A DNA stretch of 64,000 nt from a bacterium (Candidatus Blackallbacteria) CG13_big_fil_rev_8_21_14_2_50_49_14. GTDB taxonomy: Bacteria; Cyanobacteriota; Sericytochromatia; UBA7694. Below are positions 61,856 to 64,000 of the stretch, one piece after another (position 1 is the first letter of the stretch; the number at the start of each line of letters is the position of its first letter). The DNA is taken from positions 113,615 through 177,614 of the forward strand of contig PFGG01000035.1 of NCBI GenBank assembly GCA_002783405.1, in the 5' to 3' direction. The notes under the pieces were generated by a model. The model did not search any database, had not been told where the DNA came from, and saw only the letters and a program-made list of their open reading frames with translations. The position numbers and the translations under genes are program-made.

Positions 61856-63195
61856 TTTTTGGCCTTGCGTTTCACAACTTCTGAACTGACTTTCTTTTCT
61901 TGACCCGGCTCATCCAAAACGCTGGGTGGAAACCCATTAAACTGACGCCAGAGTTCATACCCCAAAGGCACTTGGTTCAAAAGCACCCATCCATTGGCAC
62001 GTACCCCCTGACGTAAAAAACGGGCCTGAGGCCATTCAGACTGTTTTTCGGGTATGACCACGATTCTGAACTTTCCTTTGCCGTTATCAGTGGCATCAAT
62101 AAAAGCCACTTTCCCAGCAAAAGTGCCGACCGCGACAGAAGGCCAACCCGCAAACTGTAAAGCTGGCCACCCTTCAAACTGCAGACGCACATGCCGGCCG
62201 GGCGTAATCAAAGGAACATCGTTGCCATTCATATACAACTCAACCGCGCGTTGCTGGGTATCAGGCACCAGGTAAGCCAGCACATCTCCTTCTTTCACAA
62301 AGACACTTTCAGCAAAGGTATTTAACTTTAAAACCGTCCCATTGCGGGGCGCACGTATTTCCTGGGTAGACTGACGCGCCAATTGCACATCCAATTTAAT
62401 CAATTCAGCTTTGTTTTTTTCAAGGCTGGCACGTGCCTCCTGCAAAGTCGCTCGGGTACTGTTCAAAGAGGCTTTGGCCCCGGCATCTGCTTTGGTAATT
62501 TCAGCCCGTGCCGCAGCCAAATCACTCTGAAGTTCCTGAAGCTTGGCCCGTGATTTTAAGACATCTGCCTGGGATTTCTGAAAACTCAGTTGGGTCAATT
62601 CTTTGTCCCGCTGAGAGGCCAAACCTTTCTGCTCAAGTGCATTGACCCGTTCCTGATTCAAACGGGCAGTTTCCAAAGTCGCCAAATCAGCCTCCAATTC
62701 ACGTTGGGCTGCCTCCTGCTTGGCTTTTATGGCCTCGGATTTGGCCCGTGCAGAATCAACTGAAGCAGAACGTGAAAGCCCCAAATCTTCCAGCCTCAAT
62801 TCATAGGCCAAAATCTTGGTACGGTTTAATTCCTGCTGATTCAACAGGGTCTGACGCTCTTGGCGTAGACGTTCCATATATTGAGGATCTGTGTCGATAA
62901 TATCGGCAATGCGATCCCCTTTTTTAACCACCGTTCCTTCCTGCACATACCAACGCAAAACCCGCCCTTTAATCGGTGTTTCAATGGGCTGTTCCCGTTC
63001 CAAAGGCGAAAAGGCGATCACACTTCCCGTTCCCCTCAAATTTTGTTGCCAGGGAGTAAAAACAAGACTCAAGCAAAACAACAACAATAAAATTAAACTG
63101 ACCCAAGCCAAAACCTGTAGAGAACGGGGGGATTGAACCTTGTGCAAAACAGGCAATTCTTCAGGAACCTGCTCAAAGATAAAAGGTGAAAGCAT
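61852..63195 (-). CDS. HlyD-family periplasmic adaptor (type I secretion membrane fusion protein)
   Basis: N-terminal transmembrane segment, a lipoyl-like hairpin (IKGRVLRWYVQEGTVVKKGDRIADI), a long coiled coil and a C-terminal beta domain. Confidence 0.85.
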   Translation of the reverse strand: MLSPFIFEQVPEELPVLHKVQSPRSLQVLAWVSLILLLLFCLSLVFTPWQQNLRGTGSVIAFSPLEREQPIETPIKGRVLRWYVQEGTVVKKGDRIADIIDTDPQYMERLRQERQTLLNQQELNRTKILAYELRLEDLGLSRSASVDSARAKSEAIKAKQEAAQRELEADLATLETARLNQERVNALEQKGLASQRDKELTQLSFQKSQADVLKSRAKLQELQSDLAAARAEITKADAGAKASLNSTRATLQEARASLEKNKAELIKLDVQLARQSTQEIRAPRNGTVLKLNTFAESVFVKEGDVLAYLVPDTQQRAVELYMNGNDVPLITPGRHVRLQFEGWPALQFAGWPSVAVGTFAGKVAFIDATDNGKGKFRIVVIPEKQSEWPQARFLRQGVRANGWVLLNQVPLGYELWRQFNGFPPSVLDEPGQEKKVSSEVVKRKAKK

Positions 63196-63196
63196 C

Positions 63197-64000
63197 TCAG
63201 TTCCCCCCCTGTGGTGAAATTTCCTGCTGAAACCTTAACGATTCAAGTTTTCCCTGGGCATTCAAGGCATAGGCTTGATCACAGAAACTCAGAAATTCCT
63301 GTTTATTGGTTAAAACCAACACCGTCATGCTGGTTTCTTCAAACAGATATTTCGCCAGGGGGCCCTTTTCACGCCAATCCAACTGGTCCAAAACCCCATC
63401 CAGAATCAGCAGGCGGGGACGCAAAAGTAGAGCTCTCGCCACCATCAAGCGGTGCAACTCTTCAGGCGCCAAGGGAAAGCCACTTAAACTGAGAGGGGTC
63501 GCCAAACCCTCTTTTAACTGCTGAACACGCTCGAAAAGCCCAACCGCCCTTAAGGCGGTCTGTAAATCCTGAGCACTCAGGTCGATTTGCCCGAGTCGTA
63601 AATTGTCCTCAATACTGCCCGAAAGTATATCCAAGCCACGTACCAAAGCCACCTGCGAACGCAAATCTATCGGCAAGAGCTGGCGCAAATCCCGCCCATC
63701 CATCTCTATTCTGCCCTGATCCGGTATTTTACTGGCATAGAGCGCATCAGCCAAAGCCTTGGCGGCCCAACTGTTCGCCCCCAGAATCCCCACTCTTTCT
63801 CCCGCTTTCAACTCAAGGCTCAAACCACTCAAAAGCGTGCCTCCCGCAGGCGAGTTCAAGGTAATCTCAGACAGGCTCACCTGAATGCCTTGGGCCTTTG
63901 GCACCAATAAACCGGGTGAGACCTGCTCTACAGGCATTTCAAATAAATGGCCCAACTTATCAAGGGCAGCCAGCAAATCATAATAACTTTCCAATTGTTT
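63197..64000 (-). CDS. ABC transporter C-terminal nucleotide-binding domain of a T1SS-type exporter (5' part beyond the window); all catalytic motifs are degenerate
   Basis: The NBD fold is recognisable. Walker A reads GANSWAAKA (no GK[ST]). The Q-loop has R. The signature reads LSGFP rather than LSGGQ. Walker B reads LLILDG, so the catalytic Glu is absent. The H-loop has N. The ORF runs to the window edge. Confidence 0.6.
   Translation of the reverse strand, partial: KQLESYYDLLAALDKLGHLFEMPVEQVSPGLLVPKAQGIQVSLSEITLNSPAGGTLLSGLSLELKAGERVGILGANSWAAKALADALYASKIPDQGRIEMDGRDLRQLLPIDLRSQVALVRGLDILSGSIEDNLRLGQIDLSAQDLQTALRAVGLFERVQQLKEGLATPLSLSGFPLAPEELHRLMVARALLLRPRLLILDGVLDQLDWREKGPLAKYLFEETSMTVLVLTNKQEFLSFCDQAYALNAQGKLESLRFQQEISPQGGN

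Noticed and set aside
63197-63994. Treating the ABC ORF as a complete 265-aa gene starting at the ATG at 63994
   Set aside because: The translated N-terminus reads like the end of a transmembrane-domain helix and the linker of an ABC half-transporter. The window ends 6 nt later, so the gene almost certainly continues upstream beyond the window.

Overview
This 64 kb window looks like chromosomal DNA from a Gram-negative bacterium, about 50-57% GC with a few AT-richer genes, using the standard genetic code (hypF and other genes end at TGA, so TGA is not recoded). Coding density is high with many overlapping or translationally coupled genes, and I found no transposase, integrase, CRISPR array or rRNA. 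In order, the window contains: a [NiFe]-hydrogenase maturation block hypF-hypC-hypD; a minus-strand lipid-carrier glycan-modification operon (gmd, fcl-like reductase, DPM1/ArnC-like GT2, DegT aminotransferase, ArnT/PMT-like GT-C membrane transferase); a divergent GT4-GT2 fusion glycosyltransferase coupled to an MMPL transporter; housekeeping genes pyrG, cdd and a 3-hydroxyacyl-CoA dehydrogenase; a disrupted lipoprotein / outer-membrane barrel gene; an MsbA-like ABC exporter; GNAT, IMPase and SufE-like genes; a Prx5-glutaredoxin hybrid peroxidase plus flavoprotein disulfide reductase operon; a large secreted beta-propeller-caspase (C14) protein convergent with a DUF4384-like secreted protein; proB; an esterase; NhaC-like and AI-2E transporters; a 640-aa B12-binding radical SAM enzyme coupled to a membrane protein; truA; a membrane alpha/beta-hydrolase coupled to an orphan histidine kinase; an SPFH protein behind a structured leader; a standalone protein made of six tandem MshEN (c-di-GMP-binding type) motifs; tRNA-Val(CAC); ruvB; aroQ; a CpaB-like protein with an APAYR-repeat tail; a 1233-aa lipoprotein adhesin with He_PIG, IPT and lamin-tail domains; a RecD2 helicase; and a TolC-HlyD-ABC tripartite exporter whose ABC ATPase domain has every catalytic motif degenerate. 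The most interesting candidates for undescribed biology are the periplasmic beta-propeller-caspase / DUF4384 pair, the GDP-6-deoxyhexose-based Arn-like modification cluster with its GT4-GT2/MMPL neighbour, the poly-MshEN protein, the B12-radical-SAM plus membrane-partner operon, and the pseudo-ATPase ABC component.
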